Assembly: GCA_013265495.1 (NCBI GenBank)
Contig: MU058781.1
Span: 1,530,963 to 1,594,962, forward strand
Origin: Vicugna vicugna
Taxonomy: Eukaryota
DNA: 64,000 bases
Reading direction: 5' to 3'
Numbering within the stretch: position 1 is the stretch's first letter; every line of letters starts with the position of its first letter. The position numbers and the translations under genes were made by a program. This document shows, in pieces, positions 1-12,726 of this stretch. The notes under the pieces were generated by a model. It was not told the origin of the DNA. It was given only the letters and a program-made list of their open reading frames with translations, and searched no databases.

Positions 1-559
1 GATGGCTAGTCACTCCACACTCCGTAGACAATCCTGTGCCAGCAACTCCAGTTACCTGACGCTCTGTGTGAAATGGGAACCACTTTTGCTCTCTGGGAAT
101 AATGACTATCACGTTCCCCCCTGGCAGGCAAACTAAGGTATGTTTATTTCACTTAGGCCTTGACCCCGACCCTTTCATGTTAAAAGTCACTCCTAGATTC
201 CTTCTGCCCTCACCTCATGCCCCCCAAGTCTAATTCTGATTTCCGTCTTCCCAGAGCCTGCACGTTCGCATACGTGCCAGGCGACACCATCAGCAACTGC
301 CTGATTTAATCCAGAGACCTTCACCTCCCTCACCATCTTCTTCTTCCCTCCGATAATTTACTTAGGTATGTCGCAAGGGTGTTCTTCCTTATCTGTGTCT
401 GTATGTGCCCAGTAGAGATAACTCTGAAATGGAAAGAAGTGGCAGAGAAACAGGAAGAGAAAGAAACCCGAGGAGCCAAAATCCTCAGTGCGGTGGTTTC
501 CAAGAACTGCTAGCCGCTTGCGGGGTTAATTGGAAAAAGTAGAACCACTTAATTCAAAG

Positions 560-960
560 AAGGCAAGGGGGACGCGTGAGAAGAGACGGGAGATGCGATC
601 GATCGGCTTAGATGGGATGGAGGGGGTGGGGCGAAGCCGGAGAAACAGCCCGGGAGAAAGGAGACGTCATTCCGGACCAGAACGCAATTTGCTGAGACCC
701 GCTGGCGTCTTGTATGCAAATGACCAGGGCTTCCCGGAGGCCGGGCTGAGCCGGGCGCGCTCGGCGGCTCGCCGGAGTCAGCGCCGAGGCCTGAAGCCCA
801 TCGGCGGGGAGGGAAGCATCTCCGGCCGTCGCCGAGGGAGGATGGACGCGACCCAGAAGCGGAGAAAAAATGAGGATTAAAGCACTCGGGGGAAGGAAGC
901 CCTCTTGAGAAGCTGTCGAAATTCAAGGCGGGCAGAAGAGGTCAATTCGACCCTCTGACC
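560..960 (+). promoter_or_regulatory. GCNT2: CpG-rich promoter/5' region of GCNT2 exon 1C
   Basis: Locally dense CpGs directly upstream of the ATG at 1031; octamer ATGCAAAT at 714-721; CRE-like GACGTCA at 663-669. TSS not determinable. Confidence 0.55.
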
Positions 961-1030
961 CTTGTGGTTTCAGGGACCCCTCGATTCTCCATCCTTGGTG
1001 AGAGAGTCCTTCTCCAGGGAAGTGAAAATA

Positions 1031-1955
1031 ATGAACTTTTGGAGGTATTACCTTTTTGCTTCCACTGTGTTCAGTGTGGTGATTTTTGTGGTCCTTTACA
1101 ATAGCCAGTTAAGCTCGCCAAAAAGTTATGGGAAGCTGAACAGTTCCAGTGAAAGGTATTTTCAAATACATGCCTGTAATTACGCCTTAGAAGACAAGTC
1201 ACCCTTTTTGTGGGAAAAGACATTGCCATCACCGGTGGGAAGTGTCCCTTGCAAGGACTACCTGACCCAGAATCACTACATCACAAGCCCCCTGTCAGAA
1301 GAAGAAGCTGCGTTCCCCTTGGCATATGTCATGGTTATTCACAAGGACTTCGATACTTTCGAAAGGCTCTTCAGGGCTGTCTATATGCCCCAGAATGTCT
1401 ACTGTGTGCACGTGGATGAGAAAGCCACCGCTCATTTTAAGAAATCTGTGTGGCAGTTACTGAGTTGCTTCCAAAATGCTTTTCTGGCTTCCAAGGCAGA
1501 GCCTGTGGTCTACGCAGGAATTTCCAGGCTCCAGGCTGACCTGAACTGCCTGGAGAACCTGAGGACCTCAGAGGTGCCGTGGAAGTACGCCATCAACACC
1601 TGCGGGCAAGATTTCCCCCTGAAAACCAACAGGGAAATCGTTCAGCATCTGAAAGGCTTTAAAGGGAAAAACATCACCCCAGGGGTGCTGCCTCCCGATC
1701 ATGCGATTGGACGGACCAAGTATGTCCACCGAGAGCACCTGAACAAAGGTGGCTCTTTTGTGAAAAATACTTATATTTTAAAAACCTCACCTCCACATCA
1801 GCTGACCATCTACTTTGGCACTGCCTATGTGGCACTCACCAGAGAGTTTGTCAACTTTGTCTTCCAGGACCAAAGGGCCATTGACCTCCTACACTGGTCA
1901 AAAGACACATACAGCCCTGATGAACATTTCTGGGTAACACTTAATAGGATTCCAG
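1031..1955 (+). CDS. GCNT2: GCNT2 (I-branching beta-1,6-GlcNAc transferase, GT14) coding exon 1C
   Basis: ATG 1031 [23 protein letters not shown] (type II TM anchor), matching the isoform C N-terminus; GT14 motifs [36 protein letters not shown]; donor CCAG|gtaggt at 1955/1956; 925 nt, phase 1. Confidence 0.96.
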
Positions 1956-3729
1956 GTAGGTACCAATTTCCTTTCCTGTTTTCCCTTATCCATAGATTGA
2001 GTTCGCTAACCTTCAGCTCCTCCTTGAAATTATTTGTGAAAAAAAAAATTAAATGCCTCGGAAGTTATTAGTCTGGTTGCTTTTTAGTGACAGTTGAGTG
2101 CCAGCTCTGTTGTCTCGTAAGTGTGCAGTGTAGTGACAAAAGAGGTATGCTGAGTTACAGGAGCTCTGGCAAAACTACCATTGTTCGCGTATCACATGGT
2201 TACTGACTTTTAGCGCGGTCTTTTTTTTTCAAAGTTTGAGATGTAATTGACATATAATAGCTCAGTCTTTTGAATGAATGGCTTTCATGGCCCTTGATAA
2301 GCACAGCTGTAACATAATGAGACTGATTTTTGAATAAGCATTCTAGAATTTATGAGTTGAAATAGTGTTCCTTTCAGAGGATGTTACACAGTGTGACACT
2401 GATGCCTAAAGTCATCGCTCAAAACTCATGGGGGCCGTTTTCAGAATCTTTGAATCCCCTTTGGATGTTTACAGATGATGATTCCGACTTAAACGTCTCT
2501 AGTCTTAGACCTGAACAAGTGTCCAAGTCCTAACTGACTTGGTTCCATAAAGCTAGTCTGCTGTTTTATTGCCTGGAAGAATGGGTAACAATGAATTGAA
2601 ATATATGGAGAGAGAATCTAGCTGGAGTTGATCCAGAGTAAATTCTCAGTTTTTAAGTCCCATTGTATTAGAAATTCCCCTTTGCAGCCTCTTGTTTTTA
2701 TATATTGTGAAGTCATTCCCGTTATTTATGATCATTGGGGGCCAAGGTGTGCCAGGCGTGGAGCCAGAAAATAGCACCAAACTCCCTCTTTGATTCGGGA
2801 CTGGGTCCCTTTTCAAAATTCTGTCTCCCAGGTGTTGTCTGGGAAGACCTGTGTGACCTGCACGGCCTCTTCGTGGTGATGTCTCAATGTACCCATTTGC
2901 CACTACTGTGCCAGCATGGCTGTGGGTGTCAGCCCTGTGGGGGTGACCTCATGACTACCATGCTTGAAATAACTCCCTGCTCTTCCTGTAGTATCATTAT
3001 TATTGACACATACGAGTGCTGCCTTCATAGCTAAAAGTAGACTCATGGCAGTTATTAGGTGCCTAATAATCCAGCATCCCTAAGAGTTAAACCAGAGTGG
3101 TGGTTACAGAAACCTACTTAGAGGGGGGCAGAAAGAGGCAGGGTGACTGGGGACCGAGACATGCTATCCTACAAGAGTTTCATTTCAGGCATCCTAGATT
3201 AACAGTTCGCAAAAACTTGCAGGAGGGGAAGTGAGCCAACATTTATCATAGTGTAGGGAGCATTCATCCTAGTCATCCACAAATAACTATTTCAAACACA
3301 TGTGAACATTCTGTGCTTGGCATCTGATCCTGTCTTGGTTAATACAGTTTGTGCTCGATATGTTCTGTGTCATTTCTTTGAATCATGGGAAATAATCCTT
3401 GCTCTCCTCATGTACAGGGGAAGAAAGGGGGCTTAGAGAGAGGGATGTAATGTGCTCATCTTCACACAGTTTGTCCAAGGCAAAGCTGGGATCTGATCTG
3501 GGATTTGGGTAGCCTGAAGTTTGAGCTTTTTCTCTTGCACTGGGAAAAGGAATAATCCTTTTTTTTTTTTTTTTCCTTTCCTGTATATCTAAAGCAAATT
3601 CCCTGCAGAACCCCAGAAAGGTGAAAGGGTGAGGTTTGGGGGGAAAATGCGGAGGGCAATGGAAATAAACTCTGCTGACCACTTTAAACTGGAAACAAGG
3701 TTAACAGGGATGTAGAGGGGAAGTGTGTG

Positions 3730-3753
3730 GTGTGTGTGTGTGTGTGTGTGTGT
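3730..3753. repeat. (TG)n microsatellite
   Basis: Direct observation. Confidence 0.9.
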
Positions 3754-4637
3754 TTTGAAAGCAAACAGAGACAGTAGGGACCACTGTGCCGGCTGGAGTC
3801 ACAGGAAAGTGTCCTGGCTGGAACCGATGGCCACAGCCCACCCAGGCTTCTGTGCTGCCTTCTGTGCTTCCGTCTAGAACATGCTTTGTTCTGGCACTTC
3901 ATCTCTGAGCCAGTGAAAACGGGAAGCATTCCTCCGTTAATATGCTCAGACAGGCTGGTGGGCGAGAAGCAACCAGGCTAACTTTGAACCTGAGCACTGT
4001 TATGACAATAAAGGAAACTGAAACATCTTGAGGACGTTGTCTTCACACAGAGTAGAAGGCTTCAAAAAAAAAAAAAGACATTTCGACATCTTTCTTTTCA
4101 GCAATCAACAGACACTTATTTAGTCCTTCATGGTACCAAGAATGATGCTGTGAACTGAGGATAGCTCTGGAAGAAGGCATTTGTGACTTTATGGCATCTA
4201 AGTTTTGAGATTAGAATGGTTGAATGTCAAGTGTAGTGACTCTTCAGTATCTTGGTCTAATTTTAGAATGTTGAGCTAATTTTCCCCCACTCCAACCCCT
4301 CAAAATGTTGTGGGGTTTTTTTTTTTTTCTCTGAATTTCCGTCCCTATTTTAAAAACATTTTGTGAGAGTTAGTTTTTCTACAGAACAGGAAATGTATTC
4401 ACAGGGTTCACAATTTTTAAAGTTTGCACTCCATCAGCTACTGGTATTGTGTCCTTGGCTCTCCTTCCAGAGATATTTTATTACATTTTAGACAATAAAA
4501 GGAATTAAACATCATGTGTGGAAGACAGTAGATATCCTTTTTTTTTTTAGTTCACAAAAGTATGCAGAGAAAGAAGAAGAATCCTTATTTTAGGCATCCT
4601 ATTGTCTGCAAGTGAGGAACAAGATGTATTTTTTCTG

Positions 4638-4816
4638 TTTTTAATCGAAGTATAATCAGTTTACGATGTGTTGATTTCTGGTGTACAGCATAGTGATTCA
4701 GTTATACATATATATATATATATATATACGCTACTTTTCATAAGCTTTTTCATTATAGGCTATTACAAGGTATTGACTATGTTTCCCTGTGCTAGACAGT
4801 AGGACCTTTTGTTTAT
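4638..4816 (-). mobile_element. L1 3'-end fragment containing (TA)n
   Basis: gaagtataatcagtttacgatgtg...tacagcatagtgattcagttatac; same family as the copies at 5293, 28877 and 49101. Confidence 0.7.
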
Positions 4817-5292
4817 AAGATGCATTTTTCACCTAGATCATGTGCAGACATTTAGGAAGCTAATTTTCATTGAAGAGCTCAAGTTTTTCTTACTTTGAAG
4901 CCTTCCGAAATCTCTGCCCAAGGAGTTTTGTGGGACAAAGGTGCCCGGGAGCTTTGCTTCCCACAGTCCGGGGGTGGTGGGTGTACAGAATCCCAGAGAG
5001 GCTGGAAGAACGCCTGTTGTTCCCTTGCTTAAATCTTCACAGCGACTTCTCCTTATCTTGAGGGTCAGGTTGAAGCTCTTCATGTGGCATGACCTCTGTG
5101 ACCTGACTCCCCCGCCTCCCCCGCCCCATCTCCCTTCTCCCAATTCTTTTTACCTGGTGCCTCATACTTCCTGTTCAGCAATGACTTGGTCCCACTCACT
5201 TGTGCAATTTTCACATGCTTTTTTTGGTAGCTTTTTATCATGTCTTCTCTGGGATACCCTTCCTACCATCTCTAACTAATCCCATTCATCCT

Positions 5293-5790
5293 TTTTTTTT
5301 TTAATTGAAGTATAGTTGATTTACAATGTTGTGTTAGTTTCTGGTGTACAGCACAGTGATTCAGATATACACATATATTCTTTTTCATATTCTTTTTATG
5401 ATGGGTTATTACAAGCTATTGAATGTAGTTCCCTGTCCTGTACAGTAGGACCTTGTTGTTTACCTATTCTGTGTATAGTGGTTTCTATCTGCTAATCCCA
5501 AACTCTCAGTATATCCCTCCCCTGTGTTGCCCTTTGGTAACCATAAGTTTGTTTTCTTTGTCTCTGAGCCTGTTTCTGTTTTGCAACTAAGTTCATTTGT
5601 GTCATTTGTGTTTTTAGATTCCGTGTAAGTGGTATCATATGATACTCGTCTTTCTCTGTCTGACTTACTTCAGTTAGTATGATCATCTCTAGGTCCATCC
5701 ATGTTGCTGCAAATGGCATTATTTCATTCTTTTTTGTGGCTGAGTAGTATTCCACAGTAAATATATACCACATCTTCTTTATCCAGTCAT
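5293..5790 (-). mobile_element. 5'-truncated L1 (ORF2 C-terminus + 3'UTR)
   Basis: Minus-strand translation MWYIFTVEYYSATKKNEIMPFAATWMDLEMIILTEVSQ is the L1 ORF2 tail; poly-T at the left end; flanked by cattcat(c/t)cttt TSD-like repeat. Confidence 0.9.
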
Positions 5791-7086
5791 CACATTCATT
5801 CTTTATAATCCACCTTCGATGTCACCTCCTCCAGAAGTCATTCCTGATAACCCACCTCCCAGATGGTTGGAACTCCAACTCCGGATTCTCCTATACCCAA
5901 TGCCGCTGCTGCCAGCATTGAATTAAAATTACCTGCTAAGTTGTACTTTCTGCCTAACCTCCTCAGTGTTTGGGTTCCTTCAGGGTGAGAAGTATGACAT
6001 CCGTTGTTATCTTCCCTATCACTACCCCCACTATGACCTATCACTGTACCTGACTGAAGATTGTAGAGGACTGGCTGGTTGTGGGTTGGGTCTGGGGAGG
6101 GGCTGGATAGTTCTGAGAAGAATAACAAGATAGTTATTTTGTTGATATGGAGATAAATTCTGATTGAAGGTGATGGTCCCTCCCGGGGTCGGTGGGGTAG
6201 GAGTCATTTTTGACAGCAAGGATTAGAGAAACCGTGCATCAGATGTGGCTTAGAGGTATAATTCCACAATAGGTAAGCCAACAAATGATATCAGCAAAGA
6301 TAAAGATATCCAGTACTCTGTAGAATTAGCAGGAGTTCCATCTGGAATGTTAGGGCAGAGTCCTTCCTCAGAAAATTTGGTTCCCAGGTAGCCAACCTGG
6401 GCCCATGATGCAGTTGTGTCTGATGCAAAAGAAATCACTGGCACCCAGTGTGAACGCCTCCACTTAGTTTCCGCCTTACCTGCACCTGGTCTGAATTCCG
6501 CCCACAACTTGGCGCTTATCCAGGCCTGCTCCGGTCCCATTCCCGGCCTGCTCCTGGTCCATGCGGTGGGCTTCTCCTGCCTGAATTTGACCTAGCGTGC
6601 TCCTTAGCTCCTGGCTTGGGGTTAAAAAAACAGTGTAAGGAAAAAGTATAAGGAAATGAAAGGTTAAAAGACAGTAGTAGAAACCTGAGCGATTTCTCCA
6701 GGGATAGCTCTCGGCAAACATAAACAAACACTGAGCTATTTGAAAGGTATGTGTTCTCTACAGAAAGGTTACCAGGGCCTTAAATCTGGGCGTGGCTGGA
6801 TCAGCCCCAGTCTTTTTCAAAGTATGCATTGTGTTCACTGTACATCAGCCCAAATTTAGAGTGCAGTTTCTAGCACCACAAAGGCTGCATTCAGTCATGC
6901 TGTTTGACTAGTGACCGAGAGTTATAAACATTGATGGCCTGGTGGAATCGTGTTTTAGTGAACATCATGCCAACATTCAGGTGTGTTTTATCTTTTTTTC
7001 TGATTCCCTTTTTTTTAAAAGCTTATATTATTTAGTATTTATTTTTATCAAGCTTATATAAGCACATAGTTTAGAGAGTCAAACAC

Positions 7087-7201
7087 TTTTTTGGGGCGGC
7101 AGGTAATTGGATTTATTTATTTAAATGGAGGTACTGGGCATTGAACCTAGGACCTCATGCATGCTAAGCATGCGCTCAGCCACTGAGCTCTACCCTCCCC
7201 C
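7087..7201 (-). mobile_element. tRNA-Ala-derived SINE (vic-1-like)
   Basis: Reverse complement of GGGGAGGGTAGAGCTCAGTGG...GCTTAGCATGC...GGTTCAAT..CAGTACCTCCA plus A-rich tail. Confidence 0.85.
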
Positions 7202-7226
7202 TACATTCCGGTTTATAATAAAGCTT

Positions 7227-7274
7227 GTGTGTGTGTCTGTGTCTGTGTGTGTCTGTGTGTGTGTGTGTGTCTGT
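7227..7274. repeat. Imperfect (TG)n/(TC) microsatellite
   Basis: Direct observation. Confidence 0.85.
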
Positions 7275-7608
7275 GGCCAGATGACCATCCACGCTGGCAT
7301 TTATTTTGTTGATATGGAGATAAATTCTGATTGAAGGAGAAATGATGCAACACAGATCCTTCCTTGGGTTCCTATCCATTCAACAGAGTTTAAAAATGAC
7401 ATCATTTTTGTATGGCCAGACAATATTAAATACACATAATAAATTCAACCATGATTTTCAAAATATTATATTAGTGATGTGGGCCTGTTCGGCTTGGTTT
7501 TCCTCTTTGATAAAAACTCTAGGCTCTCCTTGGTGCAGTGATTTGGATGAGACCACAGGAAAAGGTTTGTAATCTACAGTGTATCCTGGCTGTGGAGTAC
7601 CTAGACTG

Positions 7609-7735
7609 GTTTTTTTGTTTGTTCGTTTTGGGGGGGAAGGTAATTATTTATTTCTTAGAGGAGGTATTAGGGATTGAACCCAGGACCTCATGCATGCTAA
7701 GCATGTGCTCTACCACTTGAGCTATACCTTCCCCC
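7609..7735 (-). mobile_element. tRNA-Ala-derived SINE with 16-bp TSD
   Basis: Perfect TSD tggagtacctagactg at 7593-7608 and 7736-7751. Confidence 0.92.
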
Positions 7736-7996
7736 TGGAGTACCTAGACTGATGATTCTATGTCATAAGATGCCAAGCTCCTGGTAGAGAAACCTTAGAC
7801 AGGTTACGGGCTGGTATTCACATAATTGAACTATACTGAAGCTATAGCTATTTTGAGGATCATTTATAATGCCTCCGGCCATTGGCAGTGCTATAATATT
7901 TGGATCATCTTCATTGGGGAATCTGTACCCAAACATTTTTTTGCCTCCCACCCTGTGAAGGAAGCAATCTGGAAATACTGCTCCTAATTAGCCTTG

Positions 7997-8158
7997 GGTT
8001 TTTTTTTTAATTTTTTTACTTTAACTTTTTTTTGGTGGGGTGGAGGGAGAGGAGGTAACTGGTTTATTTATTTATTTAATGGAGGTACTGAGGATTGAAT
8101 CCAAGACCTCGTGCATGCTAAGCACAGGATGCTCTACCACTGAGCTATATCCGCCCCC
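7997..8158 (-). mobile_element. tRNA-Ala-derived SINE
   Basis: Same head sequence; flanking taattagc direct repeat. Confidence 0.85.
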
Positions 8159-9895
8159 TTTAATTAGCTTTTCATCCCTAATCCCTAGAACAACATTATG
8201 CAAGACAAGAAAATTTGGATTATGGTATCTGTGTACATTTACTTAAGTACCAATATAATTATAATTGGTAAACATTTGGTAAGCTGAATTTAATTCTCGC
8301 AGAAAGCATTAAGATAGGTTCTGCTTTAGAACTGGCAAGACCACTCTTCCAACTTCCATCCAACCTCCAGTCCTTCGCTACCAACTGTATGAAGCTAATC
8401 TTTTCAAGAAGCATCGTTTTTTATTTTTAAACAAAACACAATATTGCATTTCAATGACTTTAAAATAATATAAGATACTGGCTGCACATGAAATAGATTT
8501 ATAGTCATACAAGATTTATGATCAGTGTCTGTATGATCTCTTTAATATCTCTGCTCTCTTGGAACCAGTGCGACCACATCTCCTGCCATTCCTCTTTGAG
8601 TCCACATGATATTATGAAAGGGCTTTGGAACCAGAAAAGCATAATTTACGTCCTGGCTCCCATTATCTACTGACTGTGTGCTACTGGCCTTAGTCTACAC
8701 CGAGCCTCAGTTTACCCATCTGTGATGTTGGGGGTGGTAAATAGTATTTGGCTCCAGGAGAAGTTATGAGTATTACATAGGGTAATGTATGTAGCGCAGT
8801 GGTTGCCAGACGGCATGCTTCAGAATCTGCTGTTAAAACTCAGATTGCTGGGCCCTGGCCCCAGAGTTTCTGATTCAGCCAGAGCAGAGCAGGCCCCAGC
8901 ATTCGTAGTTCTGACAAGTTGCTTCTTGTCTGGAAGCCCACCTCCAGGGCTGCTGGCACAGACCATGCCTCACAGATTGGCACCGGTGTAGATTTGTAGC
9001 CGATCCTGGTTCTGTTCATGTCCATCTAGAGACTGTCCTTAATGGAGAACAAAGGCAGCCACCAGTGAGACTGAAAGGGGGTTTGTATAAGGCAGAGCTT
9101 TACGGTGCTAGTCACTTAACGGTGGGTGTTGTGAGAGTCGTGTGCAGGTGACTGCTGTTTGGGAAGGACTCTGGTTGAGGAAATAGCCCAGGCTTTGGAG
9201 AGAGACAAGCCCGATGAGGAATTTTAGCTCTGCCGTTATTTGCTTTGAGACCCTGTGTACCTGAACCTTAAACTCCTCGTCTGTGCAGTCACAGTAACGA
9301 AGGCTACTTAGCAAAGTTGTTTTGAGAACTGAATGAAAAAGTTGGATGTGAAGTGAGAGGTGAGGTGTCGAGCCACTTGTTAATATGAATGTGCACTAAG
9401 AAAACCTAAGTGTGGTCTAGAATTCCTAAACTAACGAGGTCCTCAAGGAAGGTGTTAAATAAAATCCATTTGAATGTCTTTTACTGCAGAAGGATGTCTA
9501 CACCCTGGCTCCACACCCATGTAAAACTGGACGTACTATACCCAAGGAGGCATAGGGGGAATTATAAGAGAATTTAAGCAGTTTAGCTTGTTGTGATGGG
9601 TACTTACTTTTTTCTAATTTTGATTTCCCTTCATGTTGTTGGTATACCTTCTAAAACTACTGCAGAACCTCCCTTAGCGCTTACAACAATACTGTGAGTT
9701 ATGCTCTCATATCCATGAGAGGAGTGTTTCCTTAAAAATGCGAAGGACATCAGTTGTGTCTTCAGGACTCTATTTTTGAGATCAAATCATGTGAAAAGAA
9801 CAGGAATTGGGGTTAATAGAGTTGTTTTATTTTCTTAAACCTTACCATGTACGGAGAAGGACTTAAGATGTCTGTTTAGAATATAAATAATTTCT

Positions 9896-10042
9896 GTTTA
9901 AAAATTTTTTATTTTGGGGGGGTTTGGGAGGGTAATTAGGTTTCCTTATTTATTTATTTTGTGGGGGAGGTACTGGGGATTGAACTCAGGACCTCGTGCG
10001 TGCTAAGCATGTGCTCTACTACTTGAGCTATAACCGCCCCCC
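9896..10042 (-). mobile_element. tRNA-Ala-derived SINE
   Basis: Same head; TSD core tagaatataa at 9877-9886 and 10043-10052. Confidence 0.88.
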
Positions 10043-10240
10043 TAGAATATAATACAATTTCTTGACAAAGGAAATCAACATAGCCAAGAAAGAGTTTTTT
10101 TTTTCACTATTATTCTATACGAGTTTTTGCTGACCCAGCCACGTTCTTCCCATTTTGGGTGTTCAACTTCCTCTATGTTGAAACGAGTGTTGCCTCTCCT
10201 ACCTGCTTACACAGGGATAATTTTAAAACTCTGTTATGAT

Positions 10241-10321
10241 GGGGTGGGGGAGGGTATAGCTCAATGTTAGAGTGCGTGCTTAGCATGCACTAGGTCCTGG
10301 GTTCAATCCCCAGTATCGCCA

Positions 10322-10369
<48 letters not shown>

Positions 10370-10405
10370 ATACCTAATTACCTTCTGTCCCCGCCCAAAA
10401 AAAAC
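10241..10405 (+). mobile_element. tRNA-Ala-derived SINE with expanded (AAAT)n
   Basis: A and B boxes; TSD ctctgttatga at 10229-10239 and 10406-10416. Confidence 0.9.
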
Positions 10406-12049
10406 CTCTGTTATGAAATTTACAAACACATTACAGGATGGAGAATAAATAGTACAGTAATTCTCATGCGCCCATCAGCCAGTTTCAACAAGCATCAGCG
10501 TACTGCACAAACTCAAAGCAGGAAAACTTAAAATTCACGAAAAATCACTGAGTTGACTCTAATCCTCAGAAATGAGTATCTTCCCCTTTTCAAAGGAAAT
10601 GCAAACTTCCAATATGCCAGGCGAAGGCTTTCTATATATCCCGTGACAATGGTTTGCTGAAACGTGAAACCCTTTTTATGTAATTGTCAGGACAAATATT
10701 AACCAGGCTGAGTTTTCTTCTTCCCTTTTTTTTAATGGACAAAACTGAATCTACAAACACAAGTTCTTTAAGCATTTGAAGCAAGAGTCGGAATAATGCT
10801 TGTGAGAATCTCCATTCCCTTGGCCCTTCCTCTTCCTGCCGGGAACATGGGAGGAGGGTGTTCCTAAGAGTGGTAGGACTAATGTGATAGACTGTTCCAT
10901 GTGCAGTGTTTAGAGATACTTTTTTTCATTTATTCTAGATACTGAGTATTCTGCCTCCTCTATATAGAAAAGAAAAAAGGACAAATTGTCAGTCTTCCTA
11001 TTTCATGAGCCCCTTGTTTGTTTGACTTTGGCATCAACGTGAAGATATTTTGCCAAATTTCAGCCAAATCGTAATGTATTTACTCTTACCAAATGTTCTC
11101 ATAGACGTTCTCTGTTGGGATTAATCATCTTATTAATTTTTTACACAGATGATTTAGTCTGAGATTAAATGTTTCCCTGATCTTGCAGGGTAGTGTGGAG
11201 GGAGGAGCGTGCACTCTGGCCTCTCTACCTTGTCAGTTAACCGCTTGTCTGACATCGGACAAATTGTTAACCAACCTTGGCCTCAATTAATTTTGGTGTT
11301 AGGACATAAACTTTGGAAGGAGTTCTCAACTCCAGCCACTGGACCATGTAGGAGGGATCAGTGACTTAGACACGCACACTGCACAGTTGTTTTCTCGGTT
11401 GTAGCCTCTGTCCTGAACTAGGTGTCTGACCTGGGGCATGTCATTTAACCTCCCTGGGCCTCAGCTTCCTCCTCTGTAAAGTGAGAAAGTTGATCTGGGT
11501 GTTGAGAAGATGTCCACTGAATGTCGTTTTGGTGATAGATTATTTTTTTCCTTTTTTCAAGTGGATGATTCTGAAAGGAAGTAGAAACTCGGAATGGCTA
11601 CTTCGGGAATAACAAAATGATTTTGTGAAGTGGAATGGGTAATTTCATACTCGGTTGAAAGGGAAAGTCTCATCATTTAAGAGTTGAGAAACCAAGCCCA
11701 GGGAGGTGACGTGATTTCTCTGGGTCACGTAATTTAGCAGCTGAACTGGGGCGCGAAGGTGGGACTTGTAAGTCATAATACAATAGTCTTTATTTAATGC
11801 TTCTCACAATTTCTCTCTGAAATACTCTAGGTATTGGAGCAAAAGGCAGAAATGACATTTGGGCATGAATGCTGTCTAATACTGAAAGATGGGTTTTAAT
11901 GACAAGATTCCATAAAAAACGTTCTGAATTCATCTTAAAAAGAGAATGAATATTACATTTTCTCAAATGAAAAATTCCATGGGTATACTACAAAATAGAA
12001 TTTTAAAATGTATCCATTTACCATGAAGGAAATCCATTCTTCTTATATA

Positions 12050-12460
12050 TTGCTGCTAAATTTGAAACAGCTTCCTTTTCCCTTTTTAAATTTATATGCG
12101 ATAAAATTCATTCTTCTTGGTGTCCAGTCCCTTGCATTTTGACAGTTGCATTGGGTCCTGCATTCACCACCACAGTCAGGAGCAGCTCCAACACCTCCAA
12201 CAAGTCCCTGGTGGTGCTCCTTGTAATCAACCCCTCCCTCAGTCCAAACCCTCGGCAAATTCTGACCTGTTAAAAAAAAATAATTCTGACCTGTTCTCCA
12301 TCCTTATGGTTTTGCCTTTTGCAGAATGTCACATATGGAATCACAGAGTATGAAGGCTCTGGGGTCTGGGAAAGCAGCTTCTCTTTCTTCCTTTCTTTCA
12401 TTTTACCGAATTCATTGTGTGTGTTCCAGGGTGAATGTGATGGTCTCTGGCAGATTATCT
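12050..12460 (-). mobile_element. Old L1M 3' fragment (approximate bounds)
   Basis: ataaaattcattcttctt...gttttgccttttgcagaatgtcacatatggaatcacagag resembles an L1MB/MC 3'UTR. Confidence 0.55.
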
Positions 12461-12595
12461 GTGGAGTATTTGTTCCATTTGGCAAACTTTTCTTTTCTCA
12501 TACTGCTAATTTATTTATTATTTTCCATAAAGAATAGAATCAGTTTGACCTCTTATTATAAAAAAAAAAAGAAAAGTAAGGTCATTTTTGGTAAT

Positions 12596-12726
12596 TTTTG
12601 TTGTTGTTGCTGTTTGGAGGGGGGAGGTAATTAGGTATTTATTTATTTGTTTGGAGGTGCTGGGGTCTGAACCCAGGACCTCATGCATGCTAAGCATGTG
12701 CTCTACCGCTGAGCTATACCCTCCCC
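12596..12726 (-). mobile_element. tRNA-Ala-derived SINE
   Basis: Same consensus head and tail. Confidence 0.85.

Noticed and set aside
530..926. Overlapping 116-aa and 125-aa ORFs upstream of GCNT2
   Set aside because: By-products of GC-rich promoter sequence; non-ATG starts and no recognisable homology.
962..2071. 369-aa single-exon GCNT2 ORF from the track
   Set aside because: It starts at a TTG upstream of the true ATG (1031) and runs past a good donor at 1955/1956; splicing to exons 2-3 gives a complete 402-aa protein.
10246..10321. tRNA-Ala(AGC) genes, here and at eight similar loci
   Set aside because: A-rich tails, target-site duplications and scattered substitutions identify them as SINEs.
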